Below are positions 1 through 10,460 of a stretch of DNA of 64,000 nt, one piece after another (the stretch's first letter is position 1; each line of letters starts with the position of its first letter). Position numbers and translations under genes: made by a program. The notes below the pieces were generated by a model. It was not told where the DNA came from, did no database searches, and saw nothing but the letters and a program-made list of their open reading frames with translations. Where the stretch lies: assembly GCA_022601595.1 (NCBI GenBank), contig JAJACI010000002.1:12523-76522 (forward strand), read 5' to 3'. Source of the DNA: Chlamydiia bacterium (GTDB taxonomy: Bacteria; Chlamydiota; Chlamydiia; Chlamydiales; 2-12-FULL-49-11).

Positions 1-2
1 GT

Positions 3-1817
3 GTGGGATCTGCTCTTACCATTGGTGATTTAACGGCTGCACCTGGCACCGAAATAAAAATCGGTGCAAAAAGTTTAACGTTTGGAACAGCAAACAATGC
101 CACCATAGCTGGAATTATCAGCGGAGATAGTGGCGGCACTATTACTAAAACAGGCACCGGATCGGTTACTTTATCAGCAACCAACACTTTTGCAGGAACC
201 GTAAATGCCTCCCAAGGAACTCTTGTGGTAAACGGTGTGCTCCCTGGGGATGTCTCGGCTGCAAATAGTGCTACGATAAAAGGGACAGGATCTATCGGAG
301 GAAAGCTCTCTATTGCAAGCGGAGCCACACTCACTCCAGGAAATTCTATTGGAACCATTACGCTAGGGAGCCTCTCTTTAAGCGCAGGCTCTACCACAGA
401 AATAGAATTTGATCCTCTAAGCAGCTCGGTAATAAATGTTACCGGCGCGGCCGCCCTTGCCGGAGAGCTGACTCCTGTTTTTGATGCGGGAGATTATCCC
501 CTTACAGGGAGCTATGAAATCTTAACAGCAAGCTCCATAACAGGAACATTTGATAGCATTAGCAGCGGCCTTCCAGATTTTGTTTTCGCTCTTGATTATA
601 CAGGAACCACAGTTACTTTAACATACACCAACCCTATTCCTACCGATGGTCTCACAGGAAATTTACTAAAATTTGCAAATTATCTAAATACGTATTCTAC
701 CATCAATGATGATTTTATTGCACTTGCAGCCCTTTCAGGAGACGCTTTATACAATGCCCTTAACAGCGCCTCCCCTGCAAGAAATGCTTTTCCCACTTAT
801 GTATCTCAAATGACAGCATTTACTTTAAGCCATAATTTAAGCAACTATTTAGATGGGAAAAGGTTTTTAAACTCTTATGATATTTCTGGAGAGATTGCAG
901 ATATTTGTATGTCTAACCAAAATCACTGGCAATCTTCTAATACCTACTGGAACCAATCAGAAAATAATAATGCTCAGCCACAATATTGCTTTTGGATAGA
1001 TGGATTTGTCGATTTTGCAAATGGTGGCGCGGAAAACCAAAATGTACCTTTTGATTTTATCACCGGCGCCGTGCTTGTTGGAGTTGATTTTGAAAGCGCC
1101 TATAAAGAAAATATTCTTGGTATCGCTGCCGGTTACGCAAACTCCTGGGTGGAGGATAATAGAGGAATGGGGTCATCTGACATATCATCTCTTGCAGCCA
1201 CCATATATACCGATTATATGTACGATATATTGTATATGCAAGGAGCTTTTTGGGCAGTGCTTGAGTTAACTAATAATCAAAGAATCATTTCCTATCCAGG
1301 AGTGCATGCCAAGGCTACATCGAATTTTACTGGGTGGCAAATCAACCCTCACGTAGAACTTGGAGTTAGTGTAGGCAATAAAATGCTTGATGTTCAACCT
1401 TATATTGCCTTTGACTATGTGCAAAATCAGCAAGATGGCTTTACCGAAACAGGTGCTGGCACTTTTAATATGACTCAAAAAGCCCAGAAATCTTCTATGC
1501 TACAAACAGAGGTGGGGATGAGATTCTACCAAGGGGTGAATAGATGCTATTACCGCCTGGGAATCAAAGAAAAGATAAGTTTCATCAACCGAGTCCCTTT
1601 TGACACAGGAAAAGTTACTACCGCTATTTTTAATGTGGATCATTTTGTTACGCTAACCTCTTTTACTCAAACTCAAACCCTTGCTGCCGTAAGTCTCTCG
1701 CTATTTATTCAAGCTGGAAAAGAAAAAAACACCATCATCTCCATTGGTTATGACGGCCTTTTTGGAAACCAGTATGTATCTAATGGAGCAAACCTAACTA
1801 TCTCCACCTCATTTTAA
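3..1817 (+). CDS. Autotransporter / Pmp-like outer membrane protein, C-terminal part (5' end lies upstream of window)
   Basis: ORF open to window edge. Passenger repeats of the G-GTL-L-G-NTF-G type, then a C-terminal domain collinear with the two downstream paralogs and ending in an aromatic residue (ISTSF). Confidence 0.85.
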   Translation: MGSALTIGDLTAAPGTEIKIGAKSLTFGTANNATIAGIISGDSGGTITKTGTGSVTLSATNTFAGTVNASQGTLVVNGVLPGDVSAANSATIKGTGSIGGKLSIASGATLTPGNSIGTITLGSLSLSAGSTTEIEFDPLSSSVINVTGAAALAGELTPVFDAGDYPLTGSYEILTASSITGTFDSISSGLPDFVFALDYTGTTVTLTYTNPIPTDGLTGNLLKFANYLNTYSTINDDFIALAALSGDALYNALNSASPARNAFPTYVSQMTAFTLSHNLSNYLDGKRFLNSYDISGEIADICMSNQNHWQSSNTYWNQSENNNAQPQYCFWIDGFVDFANGGAENQNVPFDFITGAVLVGVDFESAYKENILGIAAGYANSWVEDNRGMGSSDISSLAATIYTDYMYDILYMQGAFWAVLELTNNQRIISYPGVHAKATSNFTGWQINPHVELGVSVGNKMLDVQPYIAFDYVQNQQDGFTETGAGTFNMTQKAQKSSMLQTEVGMRFYQGVNRCYYRLGIKEKISFINRVPFDTGKVTTAIFNVDHFVTLTSFTQTQTLAAVSLSLFIQAGKEKNTIISIGYDGLFGNQYVSNGANLTISTSF

Positions 1818-1877
1818 TATTTGAAAAGAATGGCTCGTAACTGTTATAAAACAATTCTCTAATTGGATATATAGAAT

Positions 1878-4800
1878 ATGAAAAAAGCCCTTTTCGTTTT
1901 ATTTTTTGTAGGTTTTACCTCTATACAAGCTGTACCTTTTACGGTGACAAATGACAGCGATTTTGCCCCTGGATCATTTCGTATTCAAGCAGGAAACGCT
2001 GGTGCTGATGCATTCAATATCCTTGACTTTGATGGGGATTATACCATTGCCATTGAAGATCCAGTAATCCCATTAAACAGCGCTTTTACCATTGATTTTT
2101 CTACCCATGACATTACCTTTTCTGGAGGAACAGCAAACCCAGGTCTAAGCATAACAAATGGTGTTACACCCACTTTAACCTCTTCCGATAACACCTCTAG
2201 CCTAACCATTAATGTAAACATTGGAGAAACTCTTGCCCCTGGCGGCTTTATTATTACCGATAAGGCCAATGTTGAATTTAGCGGGGTAAATACTTTTACT
2301 GGCGGGATAACCATACAAGTGGATGAATTGATATCACAAGGAAGTGTTATCTTGAGCAACAATCAAGGTCTTGGAACTGGAAATGTGTTATTTGCTCAAG
2401 GCACCTTACATCTAAACGATACTATCACCATGGCAAATGCTATTGACCTATCGGTAGGTATAGGCGCTCGACAAATAAATGTTGCAGGTGGAGGGTCCGC
2501 TACTGTGTCAGGAAATATGATTGGAGCAAGCTCGCAAACGCTGTATAAACTTGGCAATGGAACCCTCTTTTTAACTGGGGTAAACACCTCCTCTAGCCCA
2601 ATAACTATTTCCGAAGGGACATTGGCTTATAAAGATGGAGGACTCTCTTCCTCAACAGGTGATGTACTGATTAACAATACAACCTCGCTTGATATTTCAG
2701 CTATTTCAGCCTCTGGTACTACTGTTGCAGATCTTTCAGCCGTCTCTGGAACCACTATCGTTTTAGGAGGTAAAAGCCTCACTTTTGGAACATCATCAAG
2801 TACTGAAATTGCAGCAATTGTATCAGGTAGTGGCGGATCTTTAGTCAAGATAGGAGATGGCACCGTTACCCTTTCCGGTGTGAATACGTATACCGGAGGA
2901 ACATCCCTGGATAACGGATCCCTTTCCCTAAGCAATAATGCAGCTTTAGGAACAGGGGACCTTACCATGCAAAGTGACACTACATTGCTTTTCGATGGCG
3001 TTACCAGTTTAGCTAATAATATAATATTCAATGAAGCAGGAACAAGCTCTTTGAATATTGGAGCAGGTGAAACAGCTACATTAGACGGAATTATTAGTGG
3101 AGTAGGTACTTTTGAGAAACAAAATGAAGGAACCCTACAATTAGAAAGTGCAAATACCTATAGCGGCGGAACGGCGCTTACAGATGGTACTATTATTCTC
3201 AATAATAATACCGCAATGGGATCAGGAGCATTGACCTTTACTAATGGAACCTTACAAGTTGATGGAGGGATCACTGCAGGAAATACCATTACCCTTGGCT
3301 CTGGAACCTCTCGAACAATCAGCGTTCTTACAGGAGATATAGCAACACTCACAGGAGTGATTAGCGGGCCGGGCTCCCCCCCTTTGATTAAATCAGGCGA
3401 AGGGACGCTTAACCTCTCTGCTGTAAATACGTATACAGGAGCGACCACCATTTCTCAAGGTACACTTGCCTATACTGGCGCAGGATTACCCTCGGCTACT
3501 GGTGATATGCTTATCCAAGGGACATCTACCTTTAATATTTCAGCTATTACTTCTGATCAGGCAACTGTTGGAAATCTAACTTTATCTTCAGGTGCGAGTT
3601 TAGTCTTGGGCAGTAAAAGTCTTACCTTTGGAGGAGATAGCGACACCAATCTTGAAGGGGTAATTAGTGGGAGTGGCGGCTCCTTAATCAAGACAGGAGA
3701 TTCTGTATATACCCTTTCAGGAACAAACACGTATACCGGAGGAACTACTCTGAATGGTGGTACGCTTGTTTTAGATAATAATAGTGCATTAGGAGGTGGA
3801 GGAGCCCTAGATATGAGCGATGGCACAACCTTAACTCTAATGAATGAGATCGATGCCTCTAATAATATTTCAATCACTTCTCAAGGAACAAGATCTTTCA
3901 ACGTTGACTTAGTGTCAACTGCAGTAATAGACACAGGAACCCTTTCAGGGGTTATTAGCGGGGCGGGCTCTTTAGAAAAAACAGGAGAAGGCACCCTTGT
4001 TCTCTCAGGGGAAAACACCTATAGTGGCGGAACCACCATTTCACAAGGTATCTTAGAGGTATCGGGATCCCTTTTTAACACAGGATCTGTGACGGTAAAT
4101 GGCTCCTCCTCTTTTGACATGAGTGAAGTAACATCTGCCCTTACTATTGGAAGTTTAGAAGCGGCAAGTGGGTCTACCATAGAATTAGGAACAAAGAGCT
4201 TAACTTTTGGTGGAAGTAACAATACCACCATCGCAGGAGTTATTGAAGGAGACAGCGGCTCCTCTCTTACTAAAATAGGAACAGGGTCTGTTACTCTAAG
4301 CGGCGTAAATACTTTTGATGAAACAATGACCGTTTCTGGGGGAACGCTTATTGTAAATGGCACTCTTCCCGGCTCTGTTACCATGGGGACATCTACCACG
4401 TTAAAAGGAACAGGAACGATTGGAGAAGAGGTGAGCGTTGCAAGTGGGGCCTCTATTCGGCCGGGAAATTCTATTGGTACTATCACTGTTGGAACATTAA
4501 CTTTGGATACAGGATCCACTACAAGTATAGAATTTGATGATACAAGCACCTCTTTGATAAAAGTTACCGGCGCAGCAGACATTGCCGGAACATTACATTT
4601 GATTTTTGACCAAGGAAATTATCCTCTAACTGGGAGCTATCAAATATTGACCGGCGCTCCTGTGATAGGAACGTTTAGCGCTATTACAGGCGATGTTACT
4701 GGATTTGATTTCTCATTAAGCTACTCTACAACAGATGTTCTTTTACTCTTTACCAAGGTGATCCCCACTGCAGGGCTTACAGGAAATATCCTCAAGTTTG

Positions 4801-5939
4801 CAAACTATTTAAATGCATCTGCCCCTGCATCTAATGAATATAGCGCTTTAACCGATCTTCGTGGAAGCGCGGTAGCTGTTGGAGTAAACAGCGCCTCCCC
4901 TGCTAGAAATGCCTTTAGTACCTATGTAACGCAGATGGGAGTATTCTCCCTTAGTCATATAGTGGATAATTACCTCTCTGGAAAAAGGTTTTTTAATGCT
5001 CATGATGCCCCTGGTGAGATAACAGACATTTCCCTCTCCGGCAAAGATTTGCTCGCAGCAAATAAAAACTGGGGATATCCAGAAATAGAGATGAATAAAC
5101 CTGAGCATACTCTTTGGGCGAGCGGCTTTGTAGACTTTGCACGGCAAGATAGCGAGAGTCAAAATCTTCCTTTTGATTTTATATCCAGTGGCTTTATATT
5201 GGGATTAGACTCTCAAAGTGTTTTTAAAGATGATGTGGTAGGCGCCGCTTTTGGCTATGTCAACTCCCAGGTAGATGATAATGGCAATATGGGATCCTCA
5301 AGTATTTCCTCGTTTGCAGTATCCATATATGGTGATTATTTTTGGGAGTATTTTTATTTCCAGGGGGCGCTGTGGGGAGTCTCCCACCAAATCAACAGCA
5401 ATAGAAAGATCTCCTATCCGGGTGTACAAACCAAAGCATCGAGTAGATTTAGTGGCTGGCAGGTAGCTCCTCATTTAGAATTTGGTTTTACCTTTGGATC
5501 ATCCCTATTTGAAGTGCAACCATACGCCTCCTTTGACTATGTATACAACTGGGAAGATAGCTACGAAGAAACCGGCGCTCTCAATTTAAATATGAGGGTA
5601 AAAGCTCAAGAGTCTTCGATGTTACAAACGCAAATTGGGATGAAGTTTTTTCAATCAACTTTTATATCCTCTGGCCGCTTTGGTATGAAAGAAGGTATTA
5701 GTTATATTAACCGTACTCCGTTCGAGACAGGCACCATTACAACCTCTATTTTTGGAGCTACCGATTTTGTCTCTTTAAGATCTTTTACCGAGTCACAAAA
5801 TCTTGGCGCCTTAGATATAGAAATGTTTTTCCAAGTAGGAAAAGAAAAAAATACCACCATTTCCCTTGCATATGAAGGTCAATATGGAGATCAGTATATC
5901 TCCAATGAATTAATCCTTACCCTCTCTCATATTTTTTAA
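1878..5939 (+). CDS. Autotransporter / Pmp-like outer membrane protein (1353 aa)
   Basis: Signal-peptide-like N-terminus MKKALFVLFFVGFTSIQA. Many copies of the autotransporter-associated beta-strand repeat (GTL.L.G.NTYTGGT.I..GTL). Conserved PGNSIGTITVG...IEFD segment and a beta-barrel-like C-terminus ending LSHIF. Confidence 0.9.
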   Translation: MKKALFVLFFVGFTSIQAVPFTVTNDSDFAPGSFRIQAGNAGADAFNILDFDGDYTIAIEDPVIPLNSAFTIDFSTHDITFSGGTANPGLSITNGVTPTLTSSDNTSSLTINVNIGETLAPGGFIITDKANVEFSGVNTFTGGITIQVDELISQGSVILSNNQGLGTGNVLFAQGTLHLNDTITMANAIDLSVGIGARQINVAGGGSATVSGNMIGASSQTLYKLGNGTLFLTGVNTSSSPITISEGTLAYKDGGLSSSTGDVLINNTTSLDISAISASGTTVADLSAVSGTTIVLGGKSLTFGTSSSTEIAAIVSGSGGSLVKIGDGTVTLSGVNTYTGGTSLDNGSLSLSNNAALGTGDLTMQSDTTLLFDGVTSLANNIIFNEAGTSSLNIGAGETATLDGIISGVGTFEKQNEGTLQLESANTYSGGTALTDGTIILNNNTAMGSGALTFTNGTLQVDGGITAGNTITLGSGTSRTISVLTGDIATLTGVISGPGSPPLIKSGEGTLNLSAVNTYTGATTISQGTLAYTGAGLPSATGDMLIQGTSTFNISAITSDQATVGNLTLSSGASLVLGSKSLTFGGDSDTNLEGVISGSGGSLIKTGDSVYTLSGTNTYTGGTTLNGGTLVLDNNSALGGGGALDMSDGTTLTLMNEIDASNNISITSQGTRSFNVDLVSTAVIDTGTLSGVISGAGSLEKTGEGTLVLSGENTYSGGTTISQGILEVSGSLFNTGSVTVNGSSSFDMSEVTSALTIGSLEAASGSTIELGTKSLTFGGSNNTTIAGVIEGDSGSSLTKIGTGSVTLSGVNTFDETMTVSGGTLIVNGTLPGSVTMGTSTTLKGTGTIGEEVSVASGASIRPGNSIGTITVGTLTLDTGSTTSIEFDDTSTSLIKVTGAADIAGTLHLIFDQGNYPLTGSYQILTGAPVIGTFSAITGDVTGFDFSLSYSTTDVLLLFTKVIPTAGLTGNILKFANYLNASAPASNEYSALTDLRGSAVAVGVNSASPARNAFSTYVTQMGVFSLSHIVDNYLSGKRFFNAHDAPGEITDISLSGKDLLAANKNWGYPEIEMNKPEHTLWASGFVDFARQDSESQNLPFDFISSGFILGLDSQSVFKDDVVGAAFGYVNSQVDDNGNMGSSSISSFAVSIYGDYFWEYFYFQGALWGVSHQINSNRKISYPGVQTKASSRFSGWQVAPHLEFGFTFGSSLFEVQPYASFDYVYNWEDSYEETGALNLNMRVKAQESSMLQTQIGMKFFQSTFISSGRFGMKEGISYINRTPFETGTITTSIFGATDFVSLRSFTESQNLGALDIEMFFQVGKEKNTTISLAYEGQYGDQYISNELILTLSHIF

Positions 5940-5956
5940 CCTTTGGATAGTCTCCT

Positions 5957-8900
5957 ATGAAAAAATTTCTTGTAATACTATTTTTCACCATTTTTGGACT
6001 TGTCCAAATAGAGGGTTATGAAGTGACTAGCGGAGATGATGCTGGTGCTGGCACGCTTCGTGAAGGATTAAACACAGGAAGCAGCGGCGATACCTTTACT
6101 TTTAGCGGCGATTTTTCTATTCCTATTACTTCTGCGGCTTTACCTTTTGATTATATAAATACCATTGATGTGGGAACAAATACCATTAGACTTACAACAG
6201 ATACCCCTCCTTATGGCGTGGTCTTTGGCGGCGGAGGAACGGTCACTTCTACAATAGATGGTACAGGACTACTTACCGTAGATGTTGTAGTATCAGAAAC
6301 AGGCGGCACAACTGGGTCCTTTATCAAAACAGGATCGTCGATATTTTCTCTTGATACGGCAAATACCTTTACCGGCGGCGTAGCTCTACAGGAAGGAACC
6401 CTTCTACTTACAAACAGCACAGGACTTGGTACAGGCGATCTGACTATTAGTGAAGATGCTATCTTATTAGTAACAGGAGGAATCAATGTTGCAAATAGTA
6501 TCGATCTAACCGGATCGGGCGAACGAGAAATTACTGCCTTAGCTGCTACAGATATTGGGACCTTATCAGGGATTATTAGCGGAGATGCAAATGCCTTGCT
6601 GTTAAAAACAGGAGCTGGAGAGCTTACCCTTTCTGGCGCAAATACCTTTCCAGGTGGCGTAGCCCTACAAGAAGGAACCCTTATTGTAGGCAATAATATA
6701 GCACTAGGTTCTGGTACCCTTGATTTAACAAATGACGGCACCGCCGCAACCAACTTTGAAATAAGCGATGGGATAACTGTGACAAACCCTATTACCATAG
6801 GTGGCGCCGAAGTAAAAAATATAGAAGTTGGAACGGGAGATACAGCAAACTTATCAGGAGTGATTAGCGGCGCCTCAGGCACAGCCTTGTATAAAACAGG
6901 TGACGGAACCCTTACATTAAGTGCCGCAAATACCTATTCTACCGGAACCATAATTAGCGCCGGTACATTAGCTCTTACAGGATCGCTAGATAGTACAGCA
7001 GATGTAACCGTCAATGGTTCTGCCATTTTCGATATTAGCGCAGCAGCATCTGCGCCTACTATTGGGGCGTTAGAGGCAGAGTCTGGGACGTTGCTAAAAT
7101 TAGGAGCTAAAAGCTTAACCTTTGGAACAAACGACGCTACCAAAACCATTGCAGGAGTGGTTAGCGGATCTGGAGGATCTTTGATCAAACAAGGGACCGG
7201 ATCGGTAACTTTTTCTGCCACAAATACCTTTACCGGAGGAGTAACATTAAATGCTGGAACCATTGTCCTGGATAATAATGCCGCGCTGGGAACAGGCTCT
7301 CTTACCATGGCGCCGCTCACTACACTTACTACCAATCCAGGGATCACCGCTGCTAATAAAATTGCCTTAAGCACTGCTGGTTCTAGAGATTTTACTGTTG
7401 GGGCAGGAACAACTGGGACCCTCTCTGGCATTATTAGCGGATCAGGAGGGCTTGAAAAGAAAGATTCAGGAACACTTACCCTTTCTGGCGCAAATACCTA
7501 TAGCGGCGGAACCGTTATCACTGAAGGAACCTTAGCCCTCAAAGGATCCCTTCTAAAAACAGGTGATGTAACTATCAATAACTCCTCCTCGTTAGATATT
7601 AGCGAGGTCACAGCAGCCCTTACCATCGGATCCTTAAATGCTGCAAGTGGATCTACAGTGAAATTGGGAACAAAGTCTTTGACCTTTGGAACAGATAGCG
7701 ATGCGGTAATTGCAGCAATTGTTAGTGGAGATACAGGATCTTCTTTGAACAAAAAAGGAACAGGAACCGTTACCTTTTCAGCGGTAAATACCTTTGCAAA
7801 TACATTGACCGTATCGGCAGGAACAGCGGCTATAAACGGCACTCTACCAGGCGCTGTAACGGTGAAAAGCTCTGCAGCTGTAAAAGGAACGGGAACCATC
7901 GGCGGCAAACTTACCGTTGAAAGCGGAGCCGCATTTACCCCAGGCAACTCTATTGGCACCATCACAGTAGGAAGCCTCTCTTTAGACTCCGGCTCTACAA
8001 CAAATATAGAATTTGATCCAGCAACCAGCTCGCAAATAAAAGTTACCAATTCTGCCACCCTTGCAGGAACCTTAAACTTAACAAATAATCCAGGCGATTA
8101 TCCCCTTACCGGTAGTTATTTATTCTTAACAGCAGATTCTATCAGCGGCACTTTTGATTCCATTACCGGAGGACATCAAGAATTTATTTTTTCTGTAGAT
8201 TATACCTCAACCAGCGCTACCTTACTTTATAGTAGCCCTATTGCCACCGGAGGACTTACAGGAAATATATTGACCTTTGCAAATTACTTAAATGCTTACT
8301 CTCCTGTAACAGATGAATTTGTTGCCTTATCAGAACTTTCTGGGCAAACATTATACAATGGAATCAATAGCACCTCCCCGGCTAGAAATACCTTTAACAC
8401 TTATACCTCACAGATCGCTCTATTTTCACTAAGCCAAAAGGTAAGCAACTACCTAACTGATAAAAGATTTTTCAGCTCTCATGATACCTCATTGAATATC
8501 GCAGATATTTGCTCGTCTAATAATGACCATTTGATTGCAGTAAACTCCTATTGGGATGATGCTGAATATAAAAGGGCCGAGCCTACCTACGCCTTTTGGA
8601 TCAATGGTTTTGCCGATTTTGCAGGCCAGGGAGGCGCCAATCAAAACGTTCCTTTTGATTTTATTACCGGCGGCGTGCTGGCCGGCTTAGACTGGGAAAG
8701 CTCTTATAAAGAACATATCCTAGGCATCGCTATTGGCTATGCAAACTCCCAGATTACCGATCACGCAAGGATGGGATCTTCTGAAATCTCCATGCTGGCC
8801 ACTTCCCTCTATGCAGACTTTTCCTATCACTCCTTTTATGCCCAAGCAATGTTTTGGGGCGTTTTTAATCTTATTGATAATCGCCGAATCATTTCCTACC

Positions 8901-9421
8901 CTGGGGTGAATACAAAAGCGAAAGCTGAATACTGCGGATGGCAAATCAATCCCCACATAGAACTTGGCTATAGCCACAGATCACAAATATTTGAAGCACA
9001 ATCCTATATCGCCTTTGACTACGTACAAAATGAACAAGATAGCTATAGTGAAAAAGGCGCTGGAAATCTAAATATGAGGGTGAAAAAACAAAAATCCTCC
9101 ATGCTACAAACCCAGCTGGGAATAAGATTCTACCAAGGAATCGATCGGCCCCATTACCGCTTTGGTATCAAAGAAAACATTAGCTTTATCAACCGAATAC
9201 CTTTTGATACAGGCACCCTAACTACCGCCATTTTTGGCGCTGATAACTTTGTAACCCTTCACTCTTTTACACAAACACAAACTCTTGGCGCCATTAATAT
9301 AACCCTTTTCACCCAAGTAGGAAAAGAAAAAGACACCATCATTTCCCTTGGCTACCAAGGAGAATTTGGAAACCAATATATTTCAAACAGCGCAAGCCTC
9401 ACCATCTCTACAGAATTTTAA
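5957..9421 (+). CDS. Autotransporter / Pmp-like outer membrane protein (1154 aa)
   Basis: Signal-peptide-like N-terminus MKKFLVILFFTIFGLVQIEG. Same passenger repeats. C-terminal domain closely alignable to ORF 3..1817 and ending ISTEF. Confidence 0.9.
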   Translation: MKKFLVILFFTIFGLVQIEGYEVTSGDDAGAGTLREGLNTGSSGDTFTFSGDFSIPITSAALPFDYINTIDVGTNTIRLTTDTPPYGVVFGGGGTVTSTIDGTGLLTVDVVVSETGGTTGSFIKTGSSIFSLDTANTFTGGVALQEGTLLLTNSTGLGTGDLTISEDAILLVTGGINVANSIDLTGSGEREITALAATDIGTLSGIISGDANALLLKTGAGELTLSGANTFPGGVALQEGTLIVGNNIALGSGTLDLTNDGTAATNFEISDGITVTNPITIGGAEVKNIEVGTGDTANLSGVISGASGTALYKTGDGTLTLSAANTYSTGTIISAGTLALTGSLDSTADVTVNGSAIFDISAAASAPTIGALEAESGTLLKLGAKSLTFGTNDATKTIAGVVSGSGGSLIKQGTGSVTFSATNTFTGGVTLNAGTIVLDNNAALGTGSLTMAPLTTLTTNPGITAANKIALSTAGSRDFTVGAGTTGTLSGIISGSGGLEKKDSGTLTLSGANTYSGGTVITEGTLALKGSLLKTGDVTINNSSSLDISEVTAALTIGSLNAASGSTVKLGTKSLTFGTDSDAVIAAIVSGDTGSSLNKKGTGTVTFSAVNTFANTLTVSAGTAAINGTLPGAVTVKSSAAVKGTGTIGGKLTVESGAAFTPGNSIGTITVGSLSLDSGSTTNIEFDPATSSQIKVTNSATLAGTLNLTNNPGDYPLTGSYLFLTADSISGTFDSITGGHQEFIFSVDYTSTSATLLYSSPIATGGLTGNILTFANYLNAYSPVTDEFVALSELSGQTLYNGINSTSPARNTFNTYTSQIALFSLSQKVSNYLTDKRFFSSHDTSLNIADICSSNNDHLIAVNSYWDDAEYKRAEPTYAFWINGFADFAGQGGANQNVPFDFITGGVLAGLDWESSYKEHILGIAIGYANSQITDHARMGSSEISMLATSLYADFSYHSFYAQAMFWGVFNLIDNRRIISYPGVNTKAKAEYCGWQINPHIELGYSHRSQIFEAQSYIAFDYVQNEQDSYSEKGAGNLNMRVKKQKSSMLQTQLGIRFYQGIDRPHYRFGIKENISFINRIPFDTGTLTTAIFGADNFVTLHSFTQTQTLGAINITLFTQVGKEKDTIISLGYQGEFGNQYISNSASLTISTEF

Positions 9422-9489
9422 ATGCAGCGCGCCTTGGGATATAGTCCTTACATCCTAACCAACTCAAATACTTTTTTTATCGACTTTAT

Positions 9490-9519
9490 AGTCAAAACCC
9501 GTTTAAAGTGCTAATGACT
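9490..9519. repeat. Miniature/degenerate family-B-like inverted repeat
   Basis: agtcaaaacccgtttaaagtgctaatgact resembles the two family B termini (agtcat.accgttt ... aatgact) joined with almost no interior. Confidence 0.3.
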
Positions 9520-9724
9520 ATCACAAGGAATGCTATGAAAAATCCTCTGAAAATTTTACTATGCTGCCTTACTCTCTTTGCTAATGCTTTTTGCGAAGAT
9601 AAACATCTTGCTCAATAAACAAAAGCTGATAGCAATAAAATGCTTCAAAGCATATAAAAATACCTTACATTTAACCCTATTTCAAAGCACATTAACCCAG
9701 AGCTCACTTACGCCGACTGTTTAA

Positions 9725-9884
9725 GGAGACTCTGATAAACGAGCAGTTTTATAATCTCCCAGATTTCTGATACATCCTATTTTTCGTGGCGCCCCATCCC
9801 TACAGGGATGCCGCTTACTCCAAAATCGGATTTATTTCAAAAAATCTGAAGAAATTCTAAAAAGTGCAGTTTATCAGACTCTCC
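9725..9884 (-). mobile_element. Family A 160-bp foldback MITE-like element, copy A1
   Basis: Termini ggagactctgataaac ... gtttatcagactctcc, internal near-palindrome catccctacagggatg, flanked by ttaa/ttaa. Near-identical to seven other 160-bp copies in the window. Confidence 0.85.
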
Positions 9885-9888
9885 TTAA

Positions 9889-9904
9889 GGAGACTCTGAT
9901 AAAG
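9889..9904 (+). repeat. Solo family A terminal repeat
   Basis: ggagactctgataaag lies directly after A1, separated by ttaa. Only the terminal 16 nt are present. Confidence 0.5.
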
Positions 9905-9936
9905 AATTCTTGTAGGTAATACTATAATAATTTTAT

Positions 9937-10326
9937 TTATAGATCGTTTGCTGCGCCCTCTTCTGTGAACACTTTTTTTTCCATAGCCTTTACCTGCTCT
10001 TCCGTTAGCTCTGTTTCTATAAGCTCAACAGGTGCTCCACATTCCTCGATGAATACTACTCTCCATCCTTCCACCGGAGTAAAGGGGCCATAAAGAATCT
10101 TCTTCCCCACAAGCTCTTCATCCATATCTTCAACGATAAACGCTACATGAGCAACCGTCTTCACAAGCTCTGGAAAGACGCTCCCCTCATGGTAACGACA
10201 CCACTGAATATTAAACTCAGAGATATCGTGCGGCGTTAAAGACACCTTCCACTCATCTACATAATATTCACCCTCTTTTGGGGTAGCTGTTGGTATCCCT
10301 AAATGATGATATACTCTTTTTCCCAT
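9937..10326 (-). CDS. VOC/glyoxalase-fold family protein (129 aa)
   Basis: ATG-to-stop ORF. The pattern HVAFIVEDMDEEL...GWRVVFIEECGAPVELIE resembles the beta-alpha-beta-beta-beta module of glyoxalase/bleomycin-resistance/dioxygenase family proteins. Assignment is by motif resemblance only. Confidence 0.6.
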   Translation of the reverse strand: MGKRVYHHLGIPTATPKEGEYYVDEWKVSLTPHDISEFNIQWCRYHEGSVFPELVKTVAHVAFIVEDMDEELVGKKILYGPFTPVEGWRVVFIEECGAPVELIETELTEEQVKAMEKKVFTEEGAANDL

Positions 10327-10382
10327 AATAAATAACCCTTTCCCAAACTTGAGATTTTAGTGTCTGCCGAACGTATCTTATT

Positions 10383-10441
10383 TACAGTTTTTTTTGCAAC
10401 CCATTTTGTATATCGGATGAGGCGTGTGCGTGTAGGCATTC
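10383..10441 (+). repeat. Truncated family C element (left arm plus apical motif only)
   Basis: tatcggatgaggcgtgtgcgtgtaggcattc matches the stem end and apex of C3 (tcggatccgacgtgtgcgtgtaggcactc), but no complementary right arm follows. Confidence 0.35.
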
Positions 10442-10460
10442 AAAAATAAGACTCTGAATA

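Noticed and set aside
2039-8058. Many long minus-strand ORFs (e.g. 2627..3031, 4019..4582, 6211..6882, 6934..7431, 7498..8058) antisense to the autotransporter genes
   Set aside because: They lie entirely inside strongly supported plus-strand CDSs. They translate to low-complexity P/V/S-rich strings mirroring the Gly/Thr/Ser repeat codons and lack RBS or family motifs. They are a compositional artefact of the repeats.
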